From contig JBAQCQ010000093.1 in the NCBI GenBank assembly GCA_049294275.1, positions 975-64,974 on the forward strand: a DNA stretch of 64,000 nt, written 5' to 3'. The translations under genes and the position numbers were made by a program. Shown here piece after piece: positions 62,845 through 64,000 of this stretch. The stretch is from Bacteroidales bacterium (GTDB lineage: Bacteria; Bacteroidota; Bacteroidia; Bacteroidales; VadinHA17). The first letter of the stretch is position 1. Each line of letters starts with the position of its first letter. The notes under the pieces were generated by a model. That model was not told the origin of the DNA. It ran no database searches and saw nothing but the letters and a program-made list of their open reading frames with translations.

Positions 62845-64000
62845 CCTGGAACATAAAGGCCTGCAGCCTTGTATCAAGCGAGACGATATCCTGTCCGTCG
62901 TATGGGATATTCAGGAATGGGATGTTGTCATTATCCTTTCTGAATGAGTCACTCACCGATGCAACCAGTGTTCCCGGCATGCAGGAAAATGGAAGTATTG
63001 CAGCGATTCCTGAGACTCCCCTCTTTGCAAGTGCTGCCGATGAACCCATGGCAATGGGCGGGTCACCGTCATAGAATTCGCTGACATACGTATTGCTCAG
63101 CTTCAGTATCTCGTGAAGCGACACATCCTTGGTTGTATCTGTGTACCTGTTGATGCCCCTGAGGAGATAATCCACTATCACCTCCTGCCCGACAGCCTGT
63201 ATCTTCGATCTGATAAGCCCCTTCGTGTCATTCTTCCATCGGCTGTCACGCGTAAAGCGGTGCGTGGAATAGGTTATCCATTCAGAGAAGGGTCCGATGA
63301 CGACCTCGCCACCGAGCGCTTCAAGCCTGTTGGCAATATTGCCGTTGCATCCTGCATTGTCACGCATATATATCTCTCCCAGCACCGCGACAACAGGTCT
63401 GCGGCGGCTCCTGTCAGCCTTCACCGCCAATAACTCACCGGCCGTCTCCATGAGTAACCGGCGGAGTCCCCTGCAGTTGTTCTCCACGCACTTCTCAATC
63501 TTCTTCAGCGCGGCCTGGTATACTGCTTCAGTCTCGCCGGGGACAAGCTCGTAAGGCCGAATTTCCCTGTAGAGTTTCCTGATGTAGTCAAATGAGACGA
63601 ATCCTTTCCATGCATTGATCCTGAATTTCTTGCTCTTGTCGCCTGCCAGATCGGCGTATGCGGTGTCATTCGACGGCGTTACCAGCTCAGCATCCCTGAA
63701 TCCGAGTCTGTCAAAAAGTATCCTCTGGAACTGGTTATACTGCCCGAAGCGGCAGGGACCGTTGTGATCAGGCATGAAGAAACTCATCTTAGAGGGGTCG
63801 GTACCCGGCTCCATCAGTTTCTTCAGAAAGCTGCCCGTTGTACAGATCATCGGGAAGCACTCCCTGGATGAGGTGTATTTTCTTCCCAGTGCAATCTCCA
63901 CATCGGTCTGCTTGGGAAGCACTTCGGAGGGAATGCCCACACTTCGTGCAGCAGCGGCAATAAAATAGGCTCCGTCGTGCATGTAGGGGAAATAGAGTGT
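62798..64000 (-). CDS. Acyl-CoA dehydratase-activase-related protein, C-terminal part (partial; continues past window end)
   Basis: The frame stays open from 63982 to the window edge (..TLYFPYMHDG..). GRKYTSSRECFPMICTTG and LPFSCMPGT resemble the DUF2229 / 2-hydroxyacyl-CoA dehydratase-like region. Confidence 0.55.
   Translation of the reverse strand, partial: TLYFPYMHDGAYFIAAAARSVGIPSEVLPKQTDVEIALGRKYTSSRECFPMICTTGSFLKKLMEPGTDPSKMSFFMPDHNGPCRFGQYNQFQRILFDRLGFRDAELVTPSNDTAYADLAGDKSKKFRINAWKGFVSFDYIRKLYREIRPYELVPGETEAVYQAALKKIEKCVENNCRGLRRLLMETAGELLAVKADRSRRRPVVAVLGEIYMRDNAGCNGNIANRLEALGGEVVIGPFSEWITYSTHRFTRDSRWKNDTKGLIRSKIQAVGQEVIVDYLLRGINRYTDTTKDVSLHEILKLSNTYVSEFYDGDPPIAMGSSAALAKRGVSGIAAILPFSCMPGTLVASVSDSFRKDNDNIPFLNIPYDGQDIVSLDTRLQAFMFQVREYSEARQQVSSHQ

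Overview
This window reads as a core chromosomal segment of a Bacteroidota (Bacteroidales-like) genome. All protein calls were made by eye from motifs and gene order; no database or HMM search was run. Lineage evidence: a tmRNA tag GENNYALAA, TTTG/TAnnTTTG promoter motifs, DUF4199, a PorT-family barrel, an S46 peptidase, a lipoprotein Omp85 (TamL-like) and a Rho with a giant N-terminal insertion. Gene content is mostly housekeeping: partial tmRNA, SRP RNA, five tRNAs, and the conserved block rpsU-xerC-hpf-tRNA(Thr,Tyr,Gly,Thr)-tuf-tRNA(Trp)-secE-nusG-rplKAJL-rpoBC. It also holds rho, rpoD, rpe, miaA, gap, PFOR (nifJ), def, ruvX, trkA, comEC, tsaC, msrAB, menG, kdsC and maf, plus large secreted proteins (a BNR/VPS10-like protein, a tricorn-like S41 protease, an S46 dipeptidyl peptidase). 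I could not support any defence island, prophage, integrative element or CRISPR array. The most unusual signal is non-coding. A family of strand-oriented heptad tandem repeats (7 bp or 2x7 bp, CAGT/GGCAG core, e.g. (GGCAGTA)n) sits at or just after stop codons at seven loci. It includes a 21-copy array between two co-directional genes, and arrays that supply the stop codon of two genes. I do not recognise it as a described element. The second notable feature is Rho, which carries a roughly 310 aa insertion with a Gln/Pro-rich core, partly encoded by 18-bp and 39-bp tandem DNA repeats. Other observations are lower-interest context anomalies: an orphan SiaC-like protein, a TamL-like gene without tamB, an archaeal-type UbiA prenyltransferase cluster, and several stem-loops.
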